NCBI RefSeq assembly: GCF_008831285.2
Contig: NC_045138.2
Location: 310,001-374,000 of the forward strand
Direction: 5' to 3'
Length of the DNA stretch: 64,000 nucleotides
Source of the DNA: Nymphaea colorata
Taxonomy: Eukaryota
Shown here: positions 49,334-63,232 of the stretch, one piece after another
How positions within the stretch are numbered: position 1 is the first letter of the stretch
How the letters are laid out: every line of letters starts with the position of its first letter
Made by a program: the position numbers and the translations under genes
Notes under the pieces: model-generated
Databases searched by the model: none
What the model saw: the letters and a program-made list of their open reading frames with translations, nothing else
Told to the model about the DNA's origin: nothing

Positions 49334-52300
49334 ACAATCAATCGCAGCATGAAAACAAAAGCAACAATGTCAACTCTACTTCAGTTTTAAAAAGTTGATT
49401 TTACATGCGACATTTTATGAACTTTAAAAATGCTTGAGTGGTTGATAGTTTTGTATAGTTTTATCCTCAATTCTCATAGAAAAAGTTGAGTGCATCTAAA
49501 AGAGACAAATATGATTGATTGAGAGATAGATTATCTGATTCGGATCGGATATTTGATCGAATCATTCCAAAAAAATCATATATTATATATATATATATCA
49601 AGAAATTAGATCAGATTAAGGTTTAGGAAATGACATTCAAGTAGATTCATACTCAGATTTGTAACTGGATTGGGATTTGTGCAATTGATTTTAGATTCAA
49701 TTCAGATATAACATTTTTTTGTCTGTCTTTGGATTTGAATTCGACTGTGAATATCGAAAAGGCGGACACGGACATAATTAAAAGGTAAATTCAATTCGAA
49801 TATGATTCATTGACATCCTTGGAGAGATCATAGAGAAGTTATGGTTCAATCATGACACGGAAAGTGGACGACCAGTTATTCAATTATTAGCAAAAGATAA
49901 GTGTGAATGCCCCAAATAATTTTCTTCATCTTATTGCACAATACATGCCATGAGGCACATGAGGCAATAATTCTTTGGTGTTTTGTGATAAATGTATCTC
50001 TCAACCTTGTTTGATTCAAAGATCCCCACTCTCCTTGGGACCAACTTGTCAGGAGGCCCCTCAGCCACGTCCTCCTTTAATTATATAAGTACGGCCGGAG
50101 TCAATGTGATAAGGACAATTTTGTCTTGGATGAACCATCCACCATCCAAACACTATTTTTTTTTTCTGTGATCAATTATATAATAATTGCAAAAGGATTT
50201 TTACCATTTTAGCCTTTCCATAACACAGGTTGTCTATAGACAGCGTCTTTATCCATTGGGAGGAATATGCATCCCCACTTTGAGGGCACTTTTTCACTTT
50301 ATTCTTTTTGTTTATTTCTTCGCAATCTTCATACTGGCTTGAAGAATAGCAAACACTATAGTTGTCTTCTTTCGGAAGTTGGTAAGGTTTAATAGGCATC
50401 TAGTTTTTATTTTAAATTTCCGTGACATAAACACTTTATGGTGCAAAAAGAAAAGAAAAATGTATCGATATGTACGTAAAAACATACTGGTTGCATCATT
50501 TTGATTTAAATTTCAAACATTAAGAAGCACTCGTATATAAAAAATTAAAAATTAATGAAATCGCTATATGTAAATAAAATAAATTTTGTGGGTCGGTATA
50601 AGCAAGAAAGCGGGATGTTTTTGAATTCAAGTCTCTCGCTCATTTAAAAACTTACCAATTGTTTTCTTTAACAACGATCTGAAAAAGGGCTTTATTTAGA
50701 AACTAAAAATAACAAATAAAACAATTACAGACAGTGTCACGTCCGTCTCTGTTTGACAACTGTCGCAAAAGCGACAATGAGAAGCCTGCAATAATTGCAG
50801 ATCCTTTTCAAATTGCGGTAAAAAAAATTGGTTTCCGTGACGTTTTTACCCCGCCGGCCCCATTTAAAGAAAGCAATTCTATTTGGGTCCAATTATTTTT
50901 CTCTTAATGATAAAAGGGGATCTGTCGTTTTCAAATTTCTGAATCAGGATGTTTCCAGATGGTCGCTTTGATGGCGCAAGTGATACGTTATGGTCCCTAA
51001 GATGGGGCCATGTGTTATGGACCAGAAAATGGACAAAGTGGTCTTGTCGTTTAAATGGAAGTCCTTTTTCCTGTAAGGGCAAAAGTGGAACCTGAAAATT
51101 TTCTCCATAAAATTAACAAAATTCTCCCCATGTTAATTATCAGCACAATGTAGAAAGTCTCCTTGTTTTCACATAGTAAATTCCTATTCTACCCACAACA
51201 ATTCAACTAAGTTGAAGATTTAATTTTTTTATAACCCAAAATTTTCTTCTAATTTTTCCTATATTTAAACGGTTACTTCTAAGCTTTTTCTAATCTCTCT
51301 CTCTCTTTCATATATCACATATGACAATCACAAGAGAAGCCAACCTAGAGGGTGACTTGGGTATTATTGCATTCCACCAATAATATTGGAATGTTATAAT
51401 GAATTGGTAGTTGCACCTATCGATTATGACATTCCGTCATCTCAGGTTGAATGCCAAACCTTTACAACAATAAAAAAATTTTAAAATTTATTTATATTTT
51501 GAAGCAAATTCTATTCTTTTTGAAGATTCTATTTCATAATCAAAGGGGCCACGATGTGTCAAAATTCATAAGAGACAGACTAACGTGGACGCATTTATGG
51601 CCTCATATTTGCAAAAAAGAAAAAAAGGTCACAAAATTCATAAATGTAGTCGCATGATATTAGCATGTAAAGTGAATTTATGCGTGCGCATTAGCGTGTG
51701 TGTGTCTGTTTGCGCCCATTTTTTATAAGCAAGCTATGGATATGTAGGCAGACTCCTACAGTACTTTATTAACGAAATGCATTAATGCTGTGGACAGATA
51801 TTAAAATAATAAGCTTCAAGTCAAGAGTTTTTTCATTTGATATATATATATATATATATATGAATTGAACTCATATTATATATAATGATATAAAACAATG
51901 ATACTGCAGCTCCTGAATTTGTCATCATATACCTTATTTTGCGTGAAAATTTGTTTGATTAATGAAATGGTAACATAATGATGCTTAAATCTGTGCTAAA
52001 AAAAAATGGAATAGATTCACAAACTAATGTTTTATAAACATGACCGAATTTTTGGAACAGGTTAGTGGTGTCATTGGATTAGCACATGACCAGAAAGTGT
52101 CTCCAAGCTCTCTCTATCTAACTTTCTCACGTGTGCTATACAGTTGAGTTGTGAGATGGTTAAAATTTTAAAATTGGTCGGTAAAAGAGTTACATATCAC
52201 CATGAGAGTTACTATAAACTGTCGCTACATCATCAAACATGACTAAACGTAATGTAATGACTATTTTTATATGTGTACCAGTTTGATGGTTAAAAGTAAA

Positions 52301-52562
52301 AAAAATTATTATCATAATTAGATATCAGTTTTACTATTTCTCACTCACACACACACCCACACACATGTGAGGTGGCTCATGAGTGGCCATCATGACTCGT
52401 TCATCCTCATCCTCATGCAACAACTGTGGGTCCCCTGTACAGCAAAGCCACGAAAAGCATATGCCTTTGCAAATTTTATCATATTTACTCAACTTGCTCA
52501 CACTTTACTTTGAATACATATGCTACTTGTTGGTGTGTTCCAATAGTGTGTGCACACAAATT

Positions 52563-52597
<35 letters not shown>

Positions 52598-53305
52598 ACA
52601 TCATCACAAACAAAGGAATCCATATAAAAATCTTTCATTGATATTTTACAACATTGATAATTGAGAATAATAGAAAGAGAATATGTTGTGAATTAATACA
52701 AAATAACTAACATATCCGTTTTTTTTCCCTTCAAACTTCTAGGTAAACTAAATCAATAGCCAAAATTATTCACATAAAAGTTTGACACCTACCCAATCTT
52801 CTCTTTCTCTCTCTTTCACACACACATATATAAATCAGCACATATTAATAGTTTATATTTTAAAAATAAATAATTGTTACTTTTTACCCGCACATGGTTT
52901 ACTGTGCTTTCTCGGTACATCAAAATAATGAGCTGGAAAAATAAATAAAACTAAAGCAGTGACCCATTCTATGACGATTTGATAGATTATGATGTGCATG
53001 CTAACAGTACAAGGTTTCAAAGCTAGGGTTGTAAAAAGGACGAGTTTGGCGTGGATTCCATAGTCGATTTAATCCAGATCTTCATAAGGATCCATACCCA
53101 GACTCAGATTTGGACCAGAATTTCCGAAAGTTTAGTGAATCCACACTGCAACAAGGGTAAGATCCGACTAACTGGTTTGAAGGTCTCGGGTTTGGATTCA
53201 GATCATTAGTTAAATCTAGTGTAAGCCAAAGAGCAATTGCTTCTTACGGGGGACCAAAATTTCCAGTATAAATTGATATTTGAACATGAGTTCTTTTTAG
53301 GTAGG

Positions 53306-53728
53306 TAGGCTTGGGCATCAGGCCGGCCAGGCTCGACAATGTTTTGGCATTGGTAAATACCCGGGACAATACGGGCCCGGGTACCAGGCTAGTCCAAGGT
53401 TGTTTGAGGCCCGGCCCGGCTGATTACCACAGACCTACGACAGAAGAGAGGCAACAGACGGATGGCATCACAACAGCGAATGACCGACAATGGCACACGC
53501 TTATCTTTCAGTTGGCAGAGAGTCAAAGTGATGAAACGAAAGTTACGAAACAACTTCCGCGACCTAACAGGCCAACCAGACATCATACGGGCCAGATTTG
53601 GTACGTGAGCCCAGCCCGTTATTGCGTACGGCCAGGCTGGGCCCTACACATTACAACTTGGGTTGTTGGTGAGCATGCTCTGGCCAGGTACCGGGCACCG
53701 TCGCGGCCTGGCCCGATGCTCAGGCCTA
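53306..53728. mobile_element. MITE with GC-rich TIRs flanked by TA
   Basis: TA-GGCTTGGGCATCAGGCCGGCC ... GGCCTGGCCCGATGCTCAGGCC-TA. The termini are near-perfect inverted repeats and the interior carries many GGCCCG motifs. Confidence 0.7.
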
Positions 53729-54149
53729 CTTTTAGGGAGCCAAACCCCCACTAATCATTCTCCAAACATGAGTACCTTCATTCGATTTTTATTTGTGAGA
53801 CAGAGAGAGAGACATAGAGAGATAGAGAGAGGAGGACGAGGAGGAGAGAAAAGTTTTCGGGATGGGAATTAAGGATTCAGGAGTCGAAGAATGCTTTTAG
53901 ATAAATACCTTGGTAGGAATGAATGATTTCTTTCTAATTATGTAGTATCAATGTATTCATATATTCACATTCACTTAACATCACAAATTATCACATGCAC
54001 ATTTCTGAAAAAACTTAAGCAAGATGAGATTGAGCCCTAAGTAGGTAGTAGCTGATAGGTTATGATGATATCAAAATCATTGTACTGCAGAATTTTGGGC
54101 ATGATCATGTTGTTGTGCTTGAAACTATCATCTCCTTGCCTTTCTTAGT

Positions 54150-56250
54150 GAGAGAAATATGAACTTTTTTCATCAAATACTATATCGCGAGAGATATGGA
54201 TCTGCTTGGTGGCGATGTCATAGCATATGTATCCCTTTTTTGTAAATGACTAGCCCAAAAAAATGCATTTTTTTGGTCTGTGATTGAGTTCGTCTGCAGC
54301 TTTACTCTTAACATAGACAATGCATCCAAGAATTCTTATTTGGTCAACTTTAAATTTTCTTTTTATAAGGACTTCCAAAGGAGTTTTTCCAACAAGAATT
54401 CTTGTGGGTGTGTGGTTGATAGTATAACAAGCTCTGCATCACTCCAAAAATGTTTAGGAACATTCATTTCAAACAATAAAGACCTAGTCATTTATAGAAG
54501 GTGACCATTTTTCCATTCCACCACCCTATTTTGTTGGGGTGTATTGACAGAGGTGAATTGATGGTCCATCCCACTTTCTTTTTTAAATTATTCAAAAAAT
54601 TGGTTTTTATATTCAGTACCATTGTGAGATTGAAGACATTTTGTACGGGTTTCAAATTGAGTTTCAACCATTTTGTAAAATTCTAAAAATTTTGCAAAAA
54701 CTTTATCTATAGTTTTTAGTAAATAAATCATTAATAAATGTGAGATAATAACGAAAATTTGAGTATGAGTTCACTGAGACCGGTCCCCACACATCAGTAT
54801 GCGCTAGATAAAAAAGAGACATAACATTATTTGAAGATTCATGAAACGAAAGTCTAAATATTTTAGCATACTTGAAAGTTTCACAAAAATGTGAGTCATA
54901 ATTCAAATTTGGTAATAAAATATTCAAGGCATGACATGATAAGTGGCCAAGTCTCCCATGCCAAAGTTTCTCATCTCAGTTGATTTGGGCACTTAAGGCA
55001 CATTCCTTAATTTTCAGCACATATAACTGGTTTTCTTGAGTTCCCTCATCAATCTTCCTTTTCGAGATAGTCCTGCAATACAACATTAGTGGGGGAGAAA
55101 ATAGCTTGACAATTTAAATCTTTAACAATTTTTGAAGCGGATAACAAGTTAGTTGAGAGATTAGGTATATAAAGCACTTTAGATTTAACACCATTTCTAA
55201 GAAAATCTAACTCTCATTCTCCTTGAACATGCATAAAGGAGCTATTCGCAATACTGATAATTTTTTTTCTAGGGATAGAAAAATAATTGCTAAGGTTATG
55301 ACAGTTCATAGAAATGATCACTTGCTTCAGAATCAACCTTGACATTTTTAGGCAATTCATTTATTTTTTCGAGTAGCTGAGGAAGATCCAAAGTATCCAA
55401 AACTTTGGCAGCAACTTTCGCTACAGTAGTGGTGCTTTCTTTTTCTCTTTTTTCTGGCCTCATGGTGGCTATTTTTCATGGATGAGCCAACACCTTTCCT
55501 TGGTATGACCTTCCTTTTTACAATGAGAACAAAATAGTCTTGGATGGTTTTTCCACTTGTTTTCACGGCTTTTATCAACTCCATAGAAGGCAACCTGTTT
55601 TTACTAGAGTTCTCTTTTAAAGGATCAAAATTTTGAAGTATTACTCTTTTTCTAGATTCATCTCTCATAAGAATAAAGCAAACGGTGCTAAGAGAAGGAA
55701 GTTCCAGGGACATTAAAATCAAGCTTTAGATGGGTTCATACTCTAGGCCAAGAGTACCAAGAAGTTCAAAAATTTTCTGTTGTTCACGCATTTTTTCTCT
55801 GGATCTAAGAGTAACAGACATATCAATAAGATAGTCAAGTTCGTCCCACATACCTTTGATGTCGTCTAGAAGATCGCCGAAATTTTGGTTTTGTTTCTTA
55901 AGATCCCGAATGCCTTGAGAGAGTTGATACATACGTGCAATGTCATTTTTTTCACTATAGAGTTCCTTCGCCTTTCTCCAAATAGTTGCTGCCGTTTAGA
56001 AGTACAGAAGTAATTTTGTTTGCAGGGCTTGGTTGCTCCTGCACAATGATTTTTTCCACCACTATACTGGTGGTTCCAAAGCTTGAGTCTTCTGTCGCGA
56101 TGAAATGAGCAAGATCCAGCAGCCAAGAGATAAGTGAAATGTGCCAGGAATGAACGTCAATGCTCTGATACCATATTGAGAATGAGAGAAAGAAAGAAAA
56201 CCAAGAAAAGAACATAGATTTTTACGTGGTTCGGTTCATAGACCTTCCAC
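54150..56250 (-). mobile_element. Decayed Ty1/copia LTR retrotransposon (5' LTR end, PBS, gag, GAG-pre-integrase, integrase; RT/RNaseH absent)
   Basis: PBS TGGTATCAGAGC (tRNA-iMet) at 56173-56162, 3 nt after the LTR-terminal CA (56177). Gag pieces ITSVLLNGSNYL, MWDELD, LGLEYEPI, LPSLSTV. Then KLWHGRLGH (~54970-54940), integrase HTDVWGPVSVNSYSNFRYYLTFIND, MNVPKHFWS, and KGYICYD...ISRDIVFDEK (~54240-54165). Many frameshifts and stops. Confidence 0.9.
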
Positions 56251-56552
56251 AATGAATGCTAGAGTAGCTACTCATTTGGTTTTTTTCTCTCTTTTTTTTT
56301 TCTTTATTTGCTTTTGCAAGTATTTAAGATATATGAAGAAAGCTAAAATCAATGCAAAAGATCGTTGGTAGACTTTACATACGAAGCTCAAAATTATTGT
56401 GAAAAGAATATCACCAACGTATATTGCAGCAATTCTTCAAACGTTCAAATGATTTCAATATGGCAAGAATGAGAATGAACTGTTGAGCATGCTGCGCTGG
56501 ATGTAACGATCACTTTCAACACCCTCCTTGGCCCCGGCTGTGTGGGAGATGT

Positions 56553-56860
56553 CTAGATCATTTGGAGCAAAGCGTACTCTAAGAAGTTCCATTCTACTCT
56601 ATCATAAGCTTTAGAGATGTCTAGTTCGTAAAGAATGGATTTATCTTCACTGGCCTCCAAGCTGTTCACTAATTCATGCACCAGAAGCACTTCATCTTGT
56701 ATAACAAGAGTGGGTACGGATGCTCTTAGTCTTTGCTTCAATCCGGTCACCTTGATCAAGATGTATTTCATGTTGTTCACCATTATCTTTGTTATCACTT
56801 TATAGATCACAATGCATAATGAAATGGGTCTAAAATCTCAAATTTTCGTGCAGTCATTAA
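56553..56860 (-). mobile_element. LINE (L1) reverse transcriptase fragment
   Basis: FRPISLCIVIYKVITKIMVNNMK...LLVHELVNSL...LDISKAYDRVEWNFL matches plant L1 RT motifs (FRPISLCN.IYK, KLDISKAYDRV.W). Truncated at both ends. Confidence 0.88.
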
Positions 56861-58298
56861 CTGGGTTTTCTTCTTTGCTTTGCTTGGTAAAGTAGTCCCA
56901 TTCGCGATGCATGTGTTTGTGAATTATTTTGACAACAGGCAATTGCGATTTCTCAAGCATTAAGCAGTTATAAATAAATACAACAGAATTTGAGTTGCTA
57001 TTGGTAAGTTTTTCTATATAAGTATTTTGTTAAAGTATGAGTCTAGCGGTGTATTTAAGAAAACTCGAACATTTAAAAACTAGAAAAATGAAAAAAGTTT
57101 CCTCCTCATTTTAACGCTATGTGCACCAACTTCTTAGACCGGCGAGAAAGGCAATGCAGTTGGGCACCTAATTTCTTGCTTGCACGGCACCTAACATGGG
57201 GCCAGTGAAGAAAGGGGTTATTTTGTCATTTCAAGGAAAAAATTCATTTTTAGTTCTATTTCATAAAATAAGTTTTCCATTTTCCACTTTTGCCCCTACG
57301 AAGGGAGTCCTCCTTTTCGTGAAGTATGAAGGCATTTCTATGGTTTCAGCCACCTAACACACATTCCCATGTTAGGACCCGAACATATGATCTGTAGCAA
57401 CGCCACATCCAACAAGGGATTCGTTCCTTCGTGTTACAAGAAATTGTTGCTTAGACATTCCATAAGAACAACTTTGGCTAGTCAATATTATGTTAAGAAA
57501 GAAAAAGACAGTTTTACCCCTCTTTCTCTCTCTATCTCTTCACAATAGAAAAAGTTAAAAAAGAAAAATACTTGTTAAAAATATCCAAGCAACACCAAGT
57601 ATGCGTGTTGTGCATTTGCATTGCATACACCAGGTAACTACCAAATTCTCATATATATACCAGACTTGACAGGAATCTTCTACAACATCGATTCTAAAGA
57701 GTTAGATGAAAGATATTCAATTGTAAATATAAGTTGCTTTTCAAAAGTCCAAAATGCGGCTCGAGGAAGACAAAATGTTTCATTTAAGGAAACCCCATTT
57801 ATTTCCATCTTTTTGTATCTCTCCTCGTTTGAATGGTTTCTTGGATTCTTGTGTTTTGCATTTTTGAACAAACAACTCGATTTGATTTCCTTGAAAAGGA
57901 AAACCCACATGATTTCACAGTAAACTTCATATGCAAATGCCCTGTTTTCCGATTTTGCAAAATATATGAATTGATGGTTCAGAGTGCATGCACCATGCAC
58001 AAGCAAAGTTCTTTTCTCAGGGAATCTCAGGGAAAGTGATTGACAAGTCGCATTTGTCTTTGAGGAAAATGAGTTCATGGAACATGAATTGAGTAGATTG
58101 AACGGCTCATAAACCAGTGAATTAATATATTCCAAACCAGAGCAGCCAAAAGCCGACTTACTTGAATGTCTGTATGTATGTAACTTGAATAAAAAAAACG
58201 AACGGAAGGACAAAGCTTTCTAAATCGCGGCAGCATTTCAGGACGACTGATCGTCCTTTGCAAGAAAGATGTGAAGCTCCAGAGAATAGAGTTGTGAA

Positions 58299-58645
58299 AG
58301 TGATGTCGACGGATCTGATTTATGGTTTATGAGATACTCACATATTTCGATTTGAATATGAATGAATCAAAATTCAAAACCCAAAATCCGAACCAACTTA
58401 GATTTTTATTTTCATATTTGAATCCAAATTCTATTTCTAAACGCATATTCAAATCAAACTATATTACACTATGCTAAGAATAGATATTGGATATAGGGTA
58501 TTTATTTGAAACTAAGTTCGATTACTTATTTGCTTAAGAGTGAAGGTATATCCGAAATATGATTGGATGGCCTTCCTTAAACTTGAATGTGCAAACTCTA
58601 TTCTATATGATATCTATATTCAGATCCGATGTATTGACATCTCTA
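58299..58645. mobile_element. MITE, same family as 45587-45975
   Basis: Inverted termini AGTGATGTCGACGGATCTGATT ... ATTCAGATCCGATGTATTGACATCTCTA around an ATCCGAA-rich interior. Confidence 0.6.
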
Positions 58646-61600
58646 GTTATGAAAGCATGCAACTCCCATATTGCAATAACTTCTAATAATATGAATTCAA
58701 CTCTTTAATCCAAATAATATATATATATATATATAGTGTGTGTGTATGTATAATTTGGATTTTCTTGTGGCCTTGGTGTTGTCAAAGGTCCTTATCAGTT
58801 TCAATCTTTTTCAATCACTCAACTTGCACCAATAATTGTATGGACCGGACCAACTCAGTGTCTTCCATTCGTAGCGGGGAAAAACCCTAGGGCTGCTTCA
58901 CATGGGGTTGTTGAATAAAGGTTCTAATGAATCCAAAACTTCGGTGCCACCTTTCAACTCTTGCCTCTCATTTGTGGGGCAGATCCTACCACATATATAT
59001 CTATGAATAAGTACTTATAGATTCCAATGTGATAAGATGATTTGTTCGAACCACTTATCAAGTTTCCATGGTCCATTTTCTCAGCGTCGTATTAGACCTA
59101 AATTCTAGGGCTTCAATCTTGGCAGCTAAGTTCTTTCTGGTTCCTTCTTCAACTGCGCTGTTAGGTGCACGCAACCTATATACGCCGTCAGAGCAGGGGC
59201 AATGTTTTGGTAAGTCTTTAAAAAGAAATGCTTTTTTTAGTCTTTTTATTTTTTTTATTTTCATTTTTTGTTCTTTAAAAATTTTTCTTTTTCTTTAAAT
59301 TGGAGATATTTTTGTCATTAACCATATTGGTACATGAAAATTTCTATGGCGCACATAACCAGGTTCGTTCTTCCTGAGGTGCTCGCTTGACCATGGGCGC
59401 GGGCTAGTGTTGAACAGGTGAACCTTTTCTTTTGTTTGTACCTTGGCTGACCGGGGCCAGAATTCAGCATAAGCCCACGACTGGGTCGAGCTGCGTAGGC
59501 ACAATTGATGGGTATGGCTGACGGAAACACCTCACCGTCAAAATAAAATTGGCAGAAGTGGGTAGATCTCAATGGAATTGGCGGTACAACAATACCACAG
59601 GGATGTCAATCGATAGAATTCGGAGCAGATATGCAACTAAACTGCATAAAAAAAAAGTCGAATAAAAAAAAAATTAATATTCAATTAAGAAATCTTATCA
59701 GATTCACCACCTAACAGCAAACTGAACTGAGTCAATTGCCGAGCTGCTCAATACCGGTCTGTTTCCGGCCACGGCGTACCGTTCTGGGGAATATTATCCC
59801 GAAAAAAAAAAATTATGCATTGACTAAAGTGCTTTGAAAAAGAAAGCTGGTGTTCATTCATGATAAAAGGACAGATGTAGTGGTTATCATTAATTCCACC
59901 CACTGAGAGCGGCCGGAAGTGCACCGGATGCGCCGGTCGTCCAGTCTAAAGAAAATCCAGTACAATAAAGAATGACAAAGGCTTCTTACCAGTTCTTAGT
60001 CATTTGCAAATCCTCAATTGCAAGAGAGATCTGTATATAGAGGAATGTATCAATCCGCCGGATGATAGAAATTGCCAATTACTAAATATAAAGAATCTAC
60101 CACTAAAAAATAGTTGTCACGAAAGCATTAACAATGGTTTAATGGTTTATGGTGTAGCAGCAGTTCATAATGCTTTTAACAATATTTTATGATGCTTTAT
60201 GACAAATTTCTATTTTTTTTGTCATATAGTGCATTTGAATGATTGGATGTATATAGATATTTATATAATTAAAATAGGCTGGCTGCTTAATGTTGCCTGA
60301 TGACAAAATATTTAAATAGCCTTCAACAGAAGTATAAACAATAGTTTACAATATAGCATCGGGTGATAGTGTTTTTTATCAATTGTCTATAGTGTATGTT
60401 GCTATAATTTTAAAATATTTAATCAACTAGCAACATCCGATCCTGATCTTGATCTCTCTGTCTCTCCTTATCTGTTAGCTCAGATGGAGGAGGTCTGATG
60501 TTGCCGGAATCCGGCGAAAAACAAGAAAAGAAAAACATCAACAGTGCTTTTTCAGGGCAGCCATTCTTCAACCTAAAAATCAGATATTTTATATTTAAAA
60601 TCATGATTTCTTGCAGTGATTAATTGCTAAACGTGCTCAGAATAGGAACCAAGTGTTTTAAGGGAGAAGAATCACATCGAGGTCGCTTGGGTGGGTACTA
60701 TGTCAACTACCCTAAAACCGGGTCTTAATATCGGTTTGGATATGAGATTGGTAGCCATTCTGGATAGAAGATTTGAAAAGCTACTGTTTGGAGAGGATGA
60801 TAAATATAAGTTCAATCACTGTCTTGTTTAGTAATTTGATTCCTTGGAAAATAAAGGAAAGAGGTCAATTCTCCGGCAGGGTCTAAATCAGAGACGGCAC
60901 GGCACGTAAAAGTTTACCTTACCCAATTCCACAGGATTTCAGATACGTTAAAGAAAAATCCAAAAAGCCGCCGAAAGAGTAATATTTTTTTTTTCTCTTT
61001 CCTTTTTGAAATAATTTTATTTGAACAAACTTCTCTTTCTTGGTCTACGAAAATTTTAGATCAATATTGACAAAATGTCATAAAAAGACTTAATTTAGAT
61101 TTTTTAGATCTATCTTGGTGGCATATCAACATTGACATTCTTAATTTATTTTTATTTTTATTTTTTTTTTGTTGGAGTTAGGCAGATCCGTACCAGTTTA
61201 TACGCTAGAGAAAGGTTGAAAATTTTGTCACGAAGGATGAATAAGAGATCACAGACTATGATTGCTTGACGACTTATGTTCTTGGTGTGGACAAACTTCT
61301 AAAGTTTGATCATCATGTAAATAGTTAGGCGGTTGGTGAGAGTTTTCTTATGAATGTTATGCATTTAAACAACAAACAATGACAATACAATACTTTACTT
61401 GATGAGTATACAATGAGTCCATACAAGCCCCAAAGCAGTCATAAACCATATATTGATAAGAGAAAGGCAGAGAGCTTCAACCCTTCTTCAATTAAGAAAT
61501 ATTCAATTAAATCAAAATCGTGATCAGTAGATCAAATCCAAATCTGAGCCTCTTACATCCCTTTTTATGACAGTCAGTAGCCTATTTTGTTTAAGTTGCA

Positions 61601-61819
61601 ACTATAGTTATCTGTTTTGTTTATAACACCACTTGAATCTGGATCTGTTTTAGACTTTGCTAACTGAACCCGATGAATGCCCAATCCTTTTCACGTACGT
61701 ATGAGTAGCCTTGTTTAGTTTTTAAGCATTTTTCTATGTGAATCTGAGCTGGCTTTTGGATCGGTTCACCAATATCCAATTAATCAGATGCCGTACTACC
61801 TACTATAACCAGATCCAAT

Positions 61820-61820
<1 letters not shown>

Positions 61821-61900
<80 letters not shown>
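61821..61900. repeat. Compound (CA)n(TA)n(GA)n microsatellite
   Basis: Read directly from the sequence. Confidence 0.95.
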
Positions 61901-63123
61901 TGCGATGTTGAAAACTATTGCAAATGATGCGTTCCGTAGCTAAAAACCATGGCCAATACTAATTCATGACAGCTTAGATGTGATTAAACGCACATCATCT
62001 AATCATGCAATGGGCATTTCGCCGGACAGAAAGAGCAAAGGATTAAACCATGTATTTTCCCCCACTCCTCTTTTCTCTCTCTAATGAAACCAAGCCTATC
62101 TTCATCTCTCTTTTGATCTTGATCACTCTGTCTCTCCTTCTCTGTTAGCTCACATGGAGAAGGACGGATGTCGCCGGAATCCGGCCAAAAACACAACAAG
62201 AAAAGCCATGAACAGATTTTTTGCACGGCAGCCTTTCTTCAACCTAAAAAATCAGACATGTTAACTTTAAAATCAAGATTTCTTACAGTTATTTAATTGC
62301 TAGAGGTGCCTAAAATGGGAACCAAGTGTTTGACAGGAGAAGAATCACATCTAGGCGTGGATTTGATGGACCAACTTGACAGGGACATGGCCTTTATCTC
62401 TGCAGGTAACTTGTTAGAATGCAGACATATAATTAAGGCATCAGCATGCCCTTGTGGTGCTTATCTCACCATGTGAAACATGGCCCCTATTACTTCAGCC
62501 ATATCCCAATCTTGACTGACCCACCTTGGCGCTCACATTCACAAGAACCTGGTTATATGAGGTTATATGCGTTATGCTAGTGCACAAATTTTCTTACATC
62601 AGTATGATTAATGACTAAAATGCTCTGAGTTCACACTGAAAAAGAAAACTTTTTGTAAATACAAAATTGAAAATGGAAAAAAGTAAAAAGAGCATGAATG
62701 ACATTTTTTTAATAAATTACCAAAATATGTTCTCATCCTTTACTATGCACGGTGCACCCGAGCGCACGTAATTTCCTTTCCGCACAATGAGCCAAACTTG
62801 AACATGCTTGAAAAAACACAACCTGAGAACTTGCAATTTTATCTGAGTTGAATTTAAGTTGTAAGAACTTGACTCATTTGAACTCAGCTCGGTTTGACTA
62901 GAGAAAACCGCTTCAGCATAGTGAAATTAGTTAAGTGAGTGAACAAGTTAAACAAGAAGTGTCACAGGTCATGTGAATACATACAAGAGCCAGCCTGATC
63001 TGAACACCATGTATGCCAACGAGCTAACTGTTTCTGACCATGACCAGCTCACAGCAAACTGAACCAAGTCAATTGCTTAGCTGCTCGATACCAGTCTGTT
63101 TCCGGCCACGGCATACGTTTCTC

Positions 63124-63232
63124 TAGTGGGAGCCAGAAAAATTGGCTGGAAATGCCCATTTAAAAATAAACAAATTTTAAAGAGACTAGTGTGGGCAACT
63201 GCCCACAACAATCATCATATGGCTCCGCCACT
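63124..63232. mobile_element. Short MITE of the (C/T)AGTGG..GAGCC ... GGCTCCGCCACTG family
   Basis: TAGTGGGAGCCAGAAAAATT ... GTGGGCAACTGCCCAC ... ATGGCTCCGCCACTG. It is absent from the paralogous block at ~59780. Confidence 0.7.

Noticed and set aside
53311..53754. 147-aa ORF
   Set aside because: It lies almost entirely within a GC-rich MITE, has a non-ATG start and shows no domain.
57610..57632. TGCATTTGCATTGCATAC, resembling the miR530 5' end
   Set aside because: The match breaks after 10 nt and there is no hairpin partner.
57680..58213. 177-aa minus-strand ORF
   Set aside because: No recognisable motif, a non-ATG start and low-complexity AT-driven composition. A BLASTP hit would overturn this.
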